Shown: positions 1 through 13,196 of the stretch, piece by piece
Numbering within the stretch: the stretch's first letter is position 1
How the letters are laid out: every line of letters begins with the position of its first letter
Assembly (NCBI GenBank): GCA_951406725.2
Contig: OX597826.1
Span: 42,718,001-42,782,000 of the forward strand
Source: Octopus vulgaris
Lineage: Eukaryota
DNA: 64,000 bases
Reading direction: 5' to 3'
Position numbers and translations under genes: made by a program
Notes under the pieces: model-generated
Databases searched by the model: none
What the model was told of the DNA's origin: nothing
What the model saw: the letters and a program-made list of their open reading frames with translations, nothing else

Positions 1-429
1 GTTGATGATTTGACACAACTGACTAAACATCCCACCTGTTTTGGCACTGGAGGAAAATTCACACATATGCAGAAATATACATGGATAGATATTACAGATA
101 TCTAAAAGGCATAACTAGATGCTCATACACATAAACAAAGCAAGTGGGGGAATTAAAATGCCTGATGTCAAATGAGTCGGTATTGAATCAGCAACACCAA
201 AACAGCTGTGTCAAAACGTCTCATAGCCTGTTTGCTCAGAAACTTTTCTGTTCAGTTAAACATGCTACAATGTATAATTTCTCTTTCTTTTTCAGTCATT
301 CTGAAGATTCTGCCACAAGAGTGAAGTAAAGTGCCATTCAAAAAGGAAGGAAATTAATTGGGTTCTAGGGGTTTTTTTTTTTTTGTTTTCTAAGATTGAT
401 GCTGCTTGCATTCTCTTTAAACAGTTGCA

Positions 430-1200
430 AGTCAACAACTGTAGGAATGAGATATGCAGGTAGAGAATTCCAGAGGGACAACATTCTGGGGGAAGAAGGA
501 CGAGGTGTATGTTGGTCTCATACCACATGAAAGGAGATGGCATGAGACCAACCATCTTTGAGGGGAAGAGGGTGTCTGTGAGTAACTTTATGCCAATCAT
601 TTGAGTGGTTTTTCTCTAGGAGCAGTCTAAAATGTCTTTGTGCAGCAATAACACCATCCCCAGATGTGACCACAGTACTCCATTGTGGTTTTTTCCCTTG
701 AGGGTCAGTAAGGGATCTAAAGTATTTTCTGGCTCTGATGTTACAGGTCAGTCTTTGAAATATAGTCCTAGCTATGTTAAGGATGTGGGTTTATCATGAG
801 ATCTGTGAAAGTAAAGTCTGGCATTTAGAGTAATCACAAAGGTTCCAGTGGTGCTCCATATTAGGGGCAGGTTTGCAATGCTTCCTTGATATGAGAAGTG
901 ACTAGAGTTTCTTGCTGTTGAAGGTGACAAGGTTGGCATGATTTTATTAGATGCTTCTCTTCATGGAGTTGGTGGTCATTAAGGAGAGAGATTTGAGCTG
1001 TTGTAGGACGTAGATGATAATTGGCTAACTCCATTACCCTTGAGATATTGGAAGTGTGATAGTTGACAGGGTATGAGAGGTAGCCCATGTTGGGAACGGG
1101 ATACTTGAGCATGTTTCCAGAGATCATGGTATATTCCTGAAGGAGAGAAAGAATGAAGAATTTGGTGAGTATAAGGATTAGCTCTGGGACATTGTCTGAG
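430..1200 (-). pseudogene. Decayed CR1/L2/Crack-group LINE RT C-terminal fragment
   Basis: Minus-strand translation gives broken motifs ANLVTFNSKK and TMEYCGHIWG typical of the post-RT region of CR1/L2-group LINEs; many stops and frameshifts; boundaries approximate. Confidence 0.6.
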
Positions 1201-2056
1201 AGAAATGGAAGAGGCCAGCAGCCTTGTTAATAATTAAGTATATAAACTTTTAACACGTTTAATTTAACAAATTAAAATAGCCATTTATGTATCACACTTT
1301 ATCTAAGTACATTGTTACTGCAGTATTTGTCTTGAGGTAGCATCATTTATGGACATGCTGTGTTTAAAAAGCACAATAGATATCAGAAGGAGATGAAGAA
1401 AATCATCTCAGTAACAGCTGGTGAAGTTGACAGATGCATGTCTGGGAAGAGATTTTACAAAATATGCATACCTTGAACATAAAATACAATACCCTGACTA
1501 TAATACACAATATACTACCCTGAGTATATAATAATCAATATATATATTTATATCCTGAATGTATATTGCACAATATACAAAGTCTTGTGTGTGAACCCTC
1601 ATGTATATATAATGGATACAGGTGTGGTTCTGAGTGAAGTTTCGTGGCATGCTTCTTCAGCCCTGAGTTGATTAAAGATTTGTAAATAGATTTGGCACAC
1701 AGAAACTGAAAGAAGCCTACCTTATATATATACATATACACACACACACACGTACATATATCTTCATTTAATATTATGTTTTCTAAGCTAGACACAACAT
1801 GCACACATGTATGTGTGCAATGCTAAGTGTCTCCTTGTTTTGGTGTCATGTGATAATTGTTAATGAGTGTCACTGTCATACAAGCAGTGTCGTTCGTTTC
1901 CAGTATTCTGCAGCAACATTTCTGGTAATGGGGGAATTTACCTTTCTAACCCAGTAAAGGTTTAGCAAAGAAAAGGGAATCTGGCTGTAGAAAATCTGCT
2001 TCGGTAAACTCCATCTAACACATGCAATATTAAATGATGTTAAGATTATTTCTATA

Positions 2057-2430
2057 GGTGTAGGAGTGGCTGTGTGGTAAGTAGCTTGCTTACGATCCAC
2101 ATGGTTCCGGGTTCAGTCCCACTGCGTGGCACCTTGGGCAAGTGTCTTCTACTATAGTCTCGGGCCAACCAATGCCTTGTGAGTAGATTTGGTAGATGGA
2201 AACTGAAAGAAGCCCGTCGTGTATATGTATATGTGTGCTTGTCCCCCCAACATCGCTTGACGACCGATGCTGGTGTGTTTACGTCCCCATAACTTAGTGG
2301 TTCGGCAAAAGAGACCGATAGGATAAGTACTAGGCTTACAAAGAATAAGTCCTGGGGTCGATTTGCTTGACTAAAGGTGGTGCTCCAGCATGGCCACAGT
2401 CAAATGACTGAAACAAGTAAAAGAGAGAGT
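2057..2430 (+). mobile_element. tRNA-derived SINE, family A (octopus-type, central TA/TG microsatellite)
   Basis: A-box-like TGGCTGTGTGG and B-box GGTTCAGTCCC, body repeated many times in the window, 3' end TGACTGAAACAAGTAAAAGAG. Confidence 0.85.
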
Positions 2431-2520
2431 AGATATTCTATAGAAATTATAGGCAGCACTGACTTTTGCTACAGATGTCAGATGTAAACAAACAATGAGA
2501 TCGAAGATGAAAAATGGTCA

Positions 2521-2573
2521 ATAGGTGTATATGCCATATTTTGGGGGGGTTTTGCCTCATCATCAGCACCTAT
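2521..2573 (-). ncRNA. Minimal type I hammerhead ribozyme, degenerate (PLE-associated)
   Basis: Minus strand: ATAGGTG-CTGATGA-T-GAGG-CAAAA-CCCCCCC-AAAA-TATGGCATA-TA-CACCTAT; 7-bp stem I; GAAA mutated to AAAA. Confidence 0.6.
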
Positions 2574-2664
2574 CTAGCCCATTAATTGTCCTCGAAAGCA
2601 TTGCTTAAATCTACATATTAAATGCATTCCTGGAATGATTATATATATATATATGTGTGTTTAA

Positions 2665-3025
2665 TCTTTACTTATTTCAGTCATTTGACTGCGGCCATGC
2701 TGGAGCACCACCTTTAGTCGAGCAACTCGACCCTGGGACTTATTCTTTGTAAGCCCAGTACTTATTCTATCGGTCTCTTTTGCCGAACCACTAAGTGACG
2801 GGGACATAAACACACCAGCATCGGTTGTCAAGCAATGCTAGGGGGACAAACATATATATACGATGGGTTTCTTTCAGTTTCCATCTACCAAATCCACTCA
2901 CAAGGCTTTGGTCGGCCCGAGGCTATAGTAGAAGACACTTTCCCAAGGTGCCACGCAGTGGGACTGAACCCATGACCATGTGGTTGGTAAGCAAGCTATT
3001 TACCACACAGCCACTCCTGTGCCTA
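2665..3025 (-). mobile_element. SINE family A
   Basis: Reverse-complement copy of the 2057-2430 element. Confidence 0.85.
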
Positions 3026-4289
3026 TGTGTGTGTGTGTCTGTTTATAATTTGTGCTCTACAAAAGCCACTTGCTATGAGCAGTGTTGTCACATCCTTCAT
3101 TTCATGCCTTAAAACAAGATAAATTATCTAGCTGTATAACACAAATCCTGAGTATATAATACACAATGTACACACCCTCACTATAATACATAATATATGT
3201 ATCCTAATTGTGTAATTCATGATATATAGATATCTTGGTTGTATATTACACCAGTATACACTATATGTTATACAATGGTTGTGTGGTTAAGAAGCTCACT
3301 GCAACCATGAGGTTTTGGGTTCAGACGTTGGACAGGTGTCTTCTATAGTCCTGAGCTGACCAATGCTTTGTGAGTGAATTTGGTTAATAGAAACGGTATG
3401 GAATTAGTAGACAGAAACTGAAAGAAGCCTACTGTATATATATATATATATATGTCTATAAATGTGTTGTTGTGTGTTTACAGCCCCCATAACTTAGCAT
3501 TTCAGCAAAAGAGACCTATAGAAAAAGTAACAGGCCTTAAGAAAATAAGTACAGGGGTTGATTAGTTTGAGAAAACTTCCTTGAGGCAATATCCCAGCAT
3601 GGCTGCAGTCTAATGACTGAAACAAGTAAAAGATACTGGATATTCTCAATATATCTTAAGTGAGATTAAATTACAGCTTGGCCAGGCCAGTACTTCAGTC
3701 AAGAAGGAAAAGAGATCTTCAAATAAGGATAGGTTTTAAATTAACAAACCAACAAATAAATAAACTTCTTTAACTGTATATTTGTGTTTGTGCCCCACTA
3801 CTTGACAACTAGTGTCAGTTTGTTTTTGTCCCAGTAACTTAGCAGTTTGGCAAAAAAGACCAATAGAATAAATGTCAGACTTAAAAGATAGGTACCGGGG
3901 TCAATTTGTTTCACTAAACCCTTCAAGGCAGTGCCCCAGCATGGCCACAGCTCGATGACTGAAACAAGTAAATGATGAGAATATTCATATCCTGACAGTA
4001 TAATAATAAACACTATACAAATTTTTATGGTATAATGACATGTTTTTATAGAATTTTCACTTTATTGAGACTTTAAATCTAAAAATTAGGAGTGTGTATG
4101 ATACACAAAAGCTATTATTCATTTTTCAGTCATGTGAGTGTTGGCATGGTCAGGATGACTTAACCAGATGTCAACTAAATCTATTGTTCAAGCTAAGAGT
4201 TTAAATTATTATACTAATGTTATGGTTCTTTTGTATGATAGTAACACATTAAATGTTCATTATACTTCACAAATATGCTCATACCATAG

Positions 4290-4668
4290 ACGTAGGAGTG
4301 GCTGTGTGGTAAGTAGCTTGCTTACGAATCACATGGTTCTGGGTTCAGTCCCACTGCATGGCACCTTGGGCAAGTGTCTTCTACTATAGCTTCGGGCTGA
4401 CCAAAGCCTTGTGAGTGGATTTGGTAGATGGAAACTGAAAGAAGCCCGTCGTATATGTATGTTTGTGTGTCTGTGTTGTCCCCCCCCCCCAACATCGCTT
4501 GACAACCAACGCTGGTGTGTTTACGTCCCTGTAACTTAGCGGTTCGGCTAAAGAGATCGATAGAATAAGTACTGGGCTTACAAAGAATAAGTCCTGGCGT
4601 CGATTTGCTCGACTAAAGGCGGTGCCCCAGCATGGCCACAGTCAAATGACTGCAACAAGTAAAAGAGA
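4290..4668 (+). mobile_element. SINE family A
   Basis: Full head-to-tail copy matching 2057-2430. Confidence 0.85.
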
Positions 4669-4965
4669 TACCAGATATTGTATTGATCAAAGTTGTTTAA
4701 CAGAAGTAAAATATAAAGCAGAAACAGTGACAGCAAAGTGACTCAATGAACCAAGTTTCTGTTTATATGCTACTGTGTCTTGATCTGAGTATATATACAC
4801 TGCTATAAGAACACATCATCATCATCATTTAATGTCCACCTTTCCATGCCTCCATTGGTCAGGTGGAATTTGTTGAAGCAAGTTTTCTCTCACCAAATGC
4901 CCTTCCTATTGCCAATCCTTACCTGCTTCCTACCAGGTTTAATATTTCCCATAGCTAGGTTTTTT

Positions 4966-5421
4966 GGATCTTTTCGGTTTGAACGGCAGTTTTTAACATA
5001 ATTTCTAGGTAACTAAAAAATTTTAAACTTCGTATACTGGTAGAATGTGTTTATAAAACATCGTTTTCTCTTGGCTTTATTGAGAAAATTCTATAGTTTG
5101 TAAGATATTTGTTGTTTTTTTTCTGCAATTTCAACCAATCAGTGACATCTATTGAGGTAAAAAACATTCTGTGCCGTATGAATATGTCCCTCGTTTAAGA
5201 AACAGATTGGGTTTTTTTTTTTTTTTGTACTTGTTTCAGTCATTTGACTGCGGCCATGCTGGAGCTTACATTTGGGAAGAAAAAAAGATACCCTTCCCCC
5301 ACCCCTAACCCTAACCCTCAAACAGATTGAAATGCAATAGATCGATACTAGGATAATATTTATGGGTGACAATTTCATATGACACTGCTAGAAAAAACTG
5401 CTGTTCAAACCGAAAAGATCC
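4966..5421. mobile_element. MITE with ~30-bp TIRs
   Basis: GGATCTTTTCGGTTTGAACGGCAGTTTTT ... AAAAAACTGCTGTTCAAACCGAAAAGATCC; approximate 8-bp TSD GGTTTTTT; internal CCCTAACCCTAACCCT. Confidence 0.8.
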
Positions 5422-5899
5422 GGGTTTTTTTTCACAGAAGACTGAACATGAACCATATCACTTGTATGACAGATGGCTACTTTAATTTAATTAATGGCAT
5501 ATACTAGGTTTTTATTCAGCCTGATAGCTATTTGCACTATCTATGAATGCATTCTCTGTGTCCTATATTGGAAGTGACAAATCTTGCATGACCGTGTTAA
5601 AGAAGTTTATTTATTTGTCGGTTTTTAATTTAAAACATATCCTTATTTGAAGATCTCTTTTCCCTCTTGACTGAAGTACTGGCCATGCCAAGCTGTAATT
5701 TAATCTCACAAGATATATTGAGAATATCCTGTATCTTTTACTTGTTTCAGTCATCAGTCTGTGGCCATGCTGGGATACCACCTCAAAGAAGTTTTGTCAA
5801 ACTAATCAACCCCTGTACTTATTTTCTTTTTAAGGCCTGTTACTTTTTCTATAGGTCTCTTTTGCTGAAATGCTAAGTTATGGGGACTGTAAACACAAT

Positions 5900-5944
<45 letters not shown>

Positions 5945-5948
<4 letters not shown>

Positions 5949-7381
5949 GTGCAGCAATGTCAAAGGAAGGCTAACTAGGTTTTTATTCAGCCTGATAGCT
6001 ATTTGCACTATCTATGAATGCATTCTCTGTGTCCTATATTGGAAGTGACAAATCTTGCATGACCGTGTTAAAGAAGTTTATTTATTTGTCGGTTTGTTAA
6101 TTTAAAACATATCCTTATTTGAATATAGGACACAGGAAAATAGTTTTTGTCTGTGGCAGATGCTCAGGAGCAATAAACACTGAAAATGTGCAGAGACCAA
6201 CTTCTACCACGTTCCAGGGAGAAAAACTAGAAGTAGTTGATAGCTTCCGCTACCTAGGTGACCAAGTCAGTAGCGGGGGTGGGTGTGCTGAAAGTGTAAC
6301 TGCTAGAGTAAGAATAGCCTGGGCAAAGTTTAGAGAGCTCTTACCCCTGCTGGTGACAAAAGGCCTCTCGGTCAGAGTAAAAGGCAGACTGTATGATGCA
6401 TGTGTACGTACAGCCGTGCTACATGGTAGTGAAACATGGGCTGTGACTGCTAAGGATATGCGTAAGCTCGCAAGAAATGAAGCCAGTATGCTCCGATGAA
6501 TGTGTAATGTCAGTGTTCATAATCGACAGAGTGTAAGTACCTTGAGAGAAAAGTTGGACCCAAGAAGCATCAGTTGTGGTGTGCAAGAGAGACGTTTGCG
6601 CTGGTATGGTCATGTGACGAGAATGGCTGAAGATAGTTGTGTGCAAAAGTGCCACACCCTAGCAGTTGAGGGAACCTGTGGAAGAGGTAGACCCAGGAAA
6701 ACCTGGGACGAGGTGGTGAAGCACGACCTTCGAACTTTAGGTCTCACTAAGGAAATGACTAGAGACCGAGACCTATGGAAGTATGCTGTGCATGAGAAGA
6801 CCCAGCAAGACTAGTGAGACCATAACCCGTGGCCTCTACCTGGTATGTAGCCAGTCGACTTATACATACCTTTCCTTCTTGGGACACAAAACTCCACTTG
6901 TGAAGACCCGTTGAGGCAAGTGAAAATCAAAATCAAATCAGATATCAGAAAGCAGAACCAAAATCGAAGTCGATCAACATCAATGGAAATTGCAGCTGTG
7001 ATACCAGTGCCGGTGACAAGTAAGCAAACCATCTGATCGTGGCCGTTGCCAGCGCCGCCCTGACTGGCCTCCGTGCCAGTGGCACGTAAAAAGCACCATC
7101 CGTTTGTGGCCGTTGCCAGCCTTGCCTGGCCCCCCGTGCCAGTGGTACATAAAAAGCACCATCCGTCCGTGGCCGTTTGCCAGCTCCGTCTGGCACATGT
7201 GCAGGTGGCACGTAAAAAGCACCCACTACACTCACAGAGTGGTTAGCGTTAGGAAGGGCATCCAGCCGTAGAAACACTGCCAGATCAGACGGCCTGATGC
7301 AGCCTTCTGGCTTCACAGACCCCAGTTGAACCGTCCAACCCATGCTAGCTTGGAAAGCGGACGCTAAATGATGATGATGAT
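5945..7381 (+). mobile_element. 5'-truncated RTE LINE with an internal templated insertion
   Basis: ORFs 6119-6499 and 6500-6814 match the C-terminus of the 54138-57260 RTE protein; shared 3' UTR and (ATG)n tail. Confidence 0.9.
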
Positions 7382-8232
7382 ATATATATACTGTAGGCTT
7401 TTTTCAGTTTCTGTCTACTAAATCCACTCAAAGCTTTGGTTGGCATGAGGCTATAGTAGATGTCACTTGCCTAAGATGCCATGCAGTGGGAGTGAACTCA
7501 GGACCATGTGGTTGGGAAACAAACTTTTTAGCACACAACCATGCTTGCACCTATATAATAAAAAAATTAAACTCAATTTTGATAGAAATTTAAAATTTAG
7601 ATTTCTTTAAAATAGGAAGTTTGTATTGTATAACTAGAGGTTATACATAATTGAGATTTTGAACATTACTTTTTCTTTTTGATTTGTATTTTTCAATATG
7701 TCAGGAAGAGATAAAGGGTAAGAGTGGCAGATTTAATCAGGTGATAAGAAAAGTCAAGTTATGTGACAACCAAAATAATATCCTGATTATTTTGGTCATG
7801 TGACCACAGTAGTATGAGGAGAAACCAAGAGGTTTACAATGTACCGTCTATATTTCTTCATGCATAAAGTCCTGGGAGTTGCAAATAAGCATATAACAGC
7901 AGTAAAAAATGCATGAGTAGAGATACTATCGTCATCATCTACTTCGCTATTTCCACAAACAATTGTGCTATTGAGCCATCAACAGTGGATGTTCTGGGCA
8001 GGCACTCAACCTTTTTGAAATATCAGCTAAATTTCTTGTAAATCCTACCTTCCTGTCTTTAAAAAGCAAAGATACACAGGATAATGTAATATAAAAGAGG
8101 AGACAAATTGATCATAGTTGTAACACTTTTGATCATATGTCTGACCTTGGGATTAAATAACAACAGGTGTGATATTAGCAATAAAAAATGATTTTCTCTG
8201 GACACAGAGCAAGTTTCTGAGGGACACATACT

Positions 8233-9448
8233 CTACGCTGCTACTTTTATACTGTGATGTCTTACAGTGCTGAATTCAAATTCTTTCATGGGAAACTTTA
8301 TTACACCTTCAACTCTTGACATCAATCTGCTTGAAACCACCTTTGGTTCAATGACGCTGTTGGTACATGGAGTGCATGAGGCGGTTCACAAAAGTCATTG
8401 GTACCCCTGCCCACACCCTGAGGAAAGCTGCCTCCAGTTCCACATGAGTTTTCAGCCTTGGGACCACCTGGTTTAGCCATCTCTGGATTTTATTCCACAG
8501 GTGTTCAAATGGGTTCAAATCCAGGCTGAGAGCCAGCCACGGCAAAGCTCTGATGTTGTACTGATGCAGGAAGTCCATGATGACTCTGTCCATGTGGGAG
8601 AGAGCATTGTCCTGCTGGAGCATGTAGCTATGGTGACACATGAAGAAGGGCACAATGTGAGGTCTTAGGATCTGGTCAATGTAGCACTGTGCTGTGATGC
8701 CATTCCCTCTGCCTGCACCAACATTTTGGAATACATAGGGGCCAATTTTCTGATTCAGGCCTATGGTACGCCCAAACCATGATGCTTTGGCCACCCCACG
8801 TGTCTGTAGCATTCACCCCTCCTGTGCCACATCCCCACTCTGCCATCCAAGGTGGAAACACAGTACTGGCTCTCATCAGAGAAGACTATCGACCTCCATT
8901 GTGGATGCCACCAATGTCGGTGTTGTGGGCGATGAGGACATGCCCTTGTGCAGGACAACAGCAACGCAGGTTTTTGTTGGTCAGTAGATGTCATACCGTG
9001 TTATCGCTGTCCAGTGCCATTGGTCTCGCAACCAATTGTATTGCTATTGCAGGTGATAGCTCGCAACAACCAGGGCACACTGTCCTGCTTGCAATCGGCC
9101 GATATCTTGTTCTCTCTGCGCTGCTGACAATCGGGTCATACCTGGTGCATCCAAATTACGAATGCCAGGAACGCAGTTCAAGTTGATTTTTATACCCATG
9201 ACCTCTATGTGATGCATGTGCATTTTGGTTTCCATGACAATTGTTTGCAACTGTCACCCATGGCATTCAAAGCAGCTTTATTTTGGCATCTTGTTTCAGG
9301 TAAAGTTGAAAGTTTACCTGCAATTTGGGTCTCAGCCATAAATCAGCATGTCTTAGAATATTTACGCTTACATCCCTGAAATAAATTTTCAGAATTTACC
9401 ATATAAAAATGACATGAAAAAATTGTGTTCCTTTTGCGGTTCAGCGTA
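8233..9448 (-). pseudogene. Fossil Tc1-family (DD34E) transposon
   Basis: Frameshifted motifs MTRLSAAQRE..IGRLQAG, IVFSDESQY, WGGQSIMVW, LQQDNA.SH, SLDLNPFEHLW. Confidence 0.9.
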
Positions 9449-9664
9449 GATATGCAATAACAAAGTCAGCAATGAATGTTAAAATACCAGTTTCTTTTGA
9501 CAAGGCCTGGAACCTTGCATTTTTAGGGCCAATGAAATGATATGCTATTTATAATTTTTTTCCTAAGGGTGTTAGCAGTGTAAGTAATTGAAACTGCTTT
9601 CCAGTGTTCAAATGATGTTAGCTCTATGGTACCTAGTCCACATCAATGCATTCAGTTTATTCTC

Positions 9665-9869
9665 TCTTTACTCTTTTACTTGTTTCAGTCATTTGACTGC
9701 GGCCATGCTGGAGCACCGCCTTTAATCGAGCAACTCGACCCTGGTACTTATTCTTTTGTAAGCCCAGTACTTATTCTATCGGTGTTTTTTTGCCGAACCG
9801 CTAAGTAACGGGGACATAAACACACCAGCATCGGTTGTCAAGCAATGTTGGGGGGACAAACACAGACAG

Positions 9870-9942
<73 letters not shown>

Positions 9943-10107
9943 TATGACGGGCTTCTTTCAGTTTCCGTCTACCACATCCACTCACAAGGCTTTGGTCGGC
10001 CTGAGGCTATAGTAGAAGACACTTGCCCAAGGTGCCACGCAGTGGGACTGAACCCAGAACCATGTTGGTAAACAAGCTACTTACCACACAGCCACTCCTG
10101 CGCCTAT
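9665..10107 (-). mobile_element. SINE family A
   Basis: Full reverse copy with expanded central (TA)n. Confidence 0.85.
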
Positions 10108-10459
10108 TCATTTTACATCTGTTTTATTTTCACACTACTATAGGGTTTGAGTAAGTAGTTATTATCAAGGCATTATTTCACAACCTGATGTCCTTCCTAT
10201 TTACTCGTTTTTCAAATGGATTTCTTTTTATCCAATGTGGTATGATAGATATAGGAATGGCTGTGTGGTTAAGCAGTTTGCTTCCCAACCATAGGGTTTC
10301 TGCTTCAGTTCAACTGTGTGATATTTGGGGAAACTGTTTTCTACAGTAGCCCTAGGCCAACAAAAGCCTTGTGAATAGATTTGTTAGATGGAAACTGAAA
10401 AAAACCCATTGTATATATGTATAAATACATATGCAGAAATATATATATATATATACATA

Positions 10460-11006
10460 TGGACGTGGACAGCTGCGTAAAGAAGTGCTGATCTCTCACT
10501 GTGGAAGGAACCTGTGATGGGACAAGGTGGTGAAGCATGATTTTCGTACTTTGAGCTTCACAGAGGCAATGATTAGTGACCAAGATAGTTGGCACTGTGC
10601 TTGAGAGGACCCATTAGGTAAAGTGCACCCATGCTGGTGGCATGTAAAGAATACCTTTTTAAGCATTGGGTCTCACAGAAGCAAAGTGGTTGAGTTCCTT
10701 TCAAGTGTTGGTCCTCACAGAAGCAATGACCAAGAGATTTGGCATTATGTTGTGCTTGAGAAGAAGACCCATCAAGCTGAGCAAAACTGCAGTTGTGGCA
10801 GATACCAGTGTCACATAAATTGGCACCCATTCCATGGCACATGAAAGCACTAGTGTCATGCAAAATAGCACATAAAAGCACCCATTACACTCTCGGCATG
10901 GTTGATGTTAGGAAGGGCATCAAGCTGTAGAAAACCACGCCAAATCAGACAAGTCTGGTGCAGTGTGCCAGCCCGGTCAAACAGTCCAACCCATGCTAGC
11001 AGGGAA
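10460..11006 (+). mobile_element. Decayed RTE LINE 3' fragment
   Basis: DSCVKKC..VEGTC..VVKHD-like sequence followed by the RTE 3' UTR. Confidence 0.7.
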
Positions 11007-11097
11007 GGCCATAGTGATGGACATATTTTAAAAGCTAGTATCTTGGATTATAAAAATAACATAGAGTGCCAAATATATTTATTACATAACTGACATA

Positions 11098-11747
11098 CAG
11101 GGGTTCAATATATTATCTAAGATTTGAATATTATATCCTGAAGATGGTCACCACCATGAAGAGAACATTCATGAGCTCGTTTACTCCTATCAAGCACATT
11201 GCTGCAATGTCTCTACAGATGCTTTGCGTTAGTTCCACTGCTGTGTGGGGCCATCTTGCGTATACCCTATCCTTGAGGTGACCGCACAGAAAGTAGTTCA
11301 CTGGGGTTAGATCCGTTGATCTGGATGGCTAGTGGATATCAAATCTCGAAATGAAATGTTTGGGGAAGTGTTCTTGAAGAGTTGTCATCGAGAGTTGCAC
11401 TGTATGACTAGTGGCACCATCTTGTTGCATCTATATCTGTGTCGGAGCAAGTTTTTGTAACTCGGTGAAAAAAGGTCTTCAGCATATGGTTACTGTTACA
11501 GCTGCATCAGGTTCATCCTGTCTCATGGCAGTTTGCAACAGCACACAGGATCACCTTTCAGGATGGGTCTTGTCGCTTTCCAAAATGCTGTCAGAAATTT
11601 CTTTGGGCTGCAATGATGACCTTTGGCTGGTGAAGTATAATTCGGCCATGTATGCAATTTCTTTCGGAGTTGGCAGCATTATGAGGGTCACCAACATGAA
11701 CTACCTGTAAAAAATAGTCAAACCTTAGGTAATATATTGAACTCCTG
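11098..11747 (-). mobile_element. Internally deleted Tc1/mariner-superfamily (maT/rosa-like) transposon
   Basis: TIRs CAGGGGTTCAATATATTATCTAAG / CTTAGGTAATATATTGAACTCCTG with TA TSD; minus-strand QQDGATSHT and SRSTDLTPVNYFLCGHLKDRVY. Confidence 0.85.
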
Positions 11748-12767
11748 TAATATCAGTTATGTAATAAAATATATTGGTACTCTACTTCATTTTTATAATC
11801 CAAGATACTAGCATTTAAAATGTGTCCCATCATTATGGCCCACCTTGCATATATATATATAATGAGAAATTATGATAAACACCAGTTTATATCAATTGTT
11901 CTGAAACCCTGTGTTGGATGTTCCAAGTGCAACTGGATGCTTAACCACAATGGATCATCAGGGAACACTTTATTGAATTATCTTAGAAAGAACTAATGTT
12001 TTTCCCTTTCTCTTTATATAGGTGTGTGTGCTTGTGTCTTCTTGTCTTGAATTTGCATAACAGTTGTACATGGGAGTCACGGTCAGACATTCAGTTCCAT
12101 TATTTTGTGAAAACATATCTGGTCATTGGGAAATATCTTACTTGAATACAGGTGAGGGTTGGTGACAGGAAGGGCATCCAGTTGTAGAAAATTTGCCTCC
12201 ATAAACTCCATCCACACCATGCAAGTATTGAGAAGTGGATTTTAAAGTGGTGGTGAAGATGATGATGATGCATCTCCGAAAACAGAGTTATAGGATTATT
12301 TGTTAGCAGGGAATGTCACCATTTTTGCTCAAATGGTTTCACACACACATACATGATAGACTTCCACAAGTTCTGTCCACTATCCACTCAATGCATTGGT
12401 TGGTATGAGGTTACAAAAGAATACACTTGCCCAAAGAGCCACACAGTGAGATAGAACTTGAGACCAGCTAGTTACAAAGCAAACTCCGTATCCACGCAAC
12501 CACGTCTGCATCTGTGTTTAGTTATTATCATTAAATGCTTGCGATAACAAATAAGGTTGATTGTGGTTTTGTTTTACACTTAAAACATTACCGAACATTT
12601 AATCTAATCAGCTGAAGATCAAAGATCACTGTCTATGTGGCGTGAATATGGTACTTAACCAAATTTCTCTAGAGGAACCAAAGTTCATGATCTCCACCAA
12701 AAGAAAAAGTAGAAGGTGATAGTCTATTAGCATGTATAGCAGAACAATAAAAGCAAAATTATTGATG

Positions 12768-13001
12768 TTAACCCTTTTGATACCATATTTCTGTGAAAAT
12801 AGAATATTTTTGTTTCAATTGATTTTGAAAATAATGAAAAATTACTAAAATACCGCTGTCCTTATTATTAATCTAGTGTTTCGAACATAAATTAACATAA
12901 AATATTTATGGAAGGTTTGCATTTATTTGACTTTAAAAAAAATAAGAAGTTTATTCCTTAGAAACAAGTGATCTTGAGCAGGTTGGTATCAAAAGGGTTA
13001 A
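12768..13001. mobile_element. piggyBac-type MITE
   Basis: TTAA-CCCTTTTGATACCA ... TGGTATCAAAAGGG-TTAA; related copies at ~20335-20521 and ~31291-31517. Confidence 0.8.
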
Positions 13002-13196
13002 ACTGAACTGTGAAGGGTTTTGTTTGTTCCTTCTCGAGCCATGCCTGGCTCATAAGGACCGGTTTCCTTGGTGTATAGGTTCCCCACCTGGATGGGACGC
13101 CGGTCCGTCGCAGGTGAGCTGCAAGATGCAGGAGGAAAGAGTGAGAGAAAGTTGTGGTGAATGATATATATATATATATACACATATATATATATA

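Noticed and set aside
297-326. Isolated plus-strand exon candidates (also ~12611-12650, ~19244-19277, 63803-63893)
   Set aside because: Splice-like signals but no consistent chain or recognisable protein
1640-1665. Hammerhead-like CTGAAGA...GAAAC on the minus strand
   Set aside because: Stem II and stem I do not pair convincingly; lies in a decayed SINE
2057-2135. tRNA genes at SINE heads (also 19740, 30528)
   Set aside because: A/B boxes only; no complete cloverleaf, and each continues into a repeated SINE body
11885-11968. Long-stem-II hammerhead on the minus strand
   Set aside because: CTGATGA present but GAAA, stem I and stem II too degraded to support
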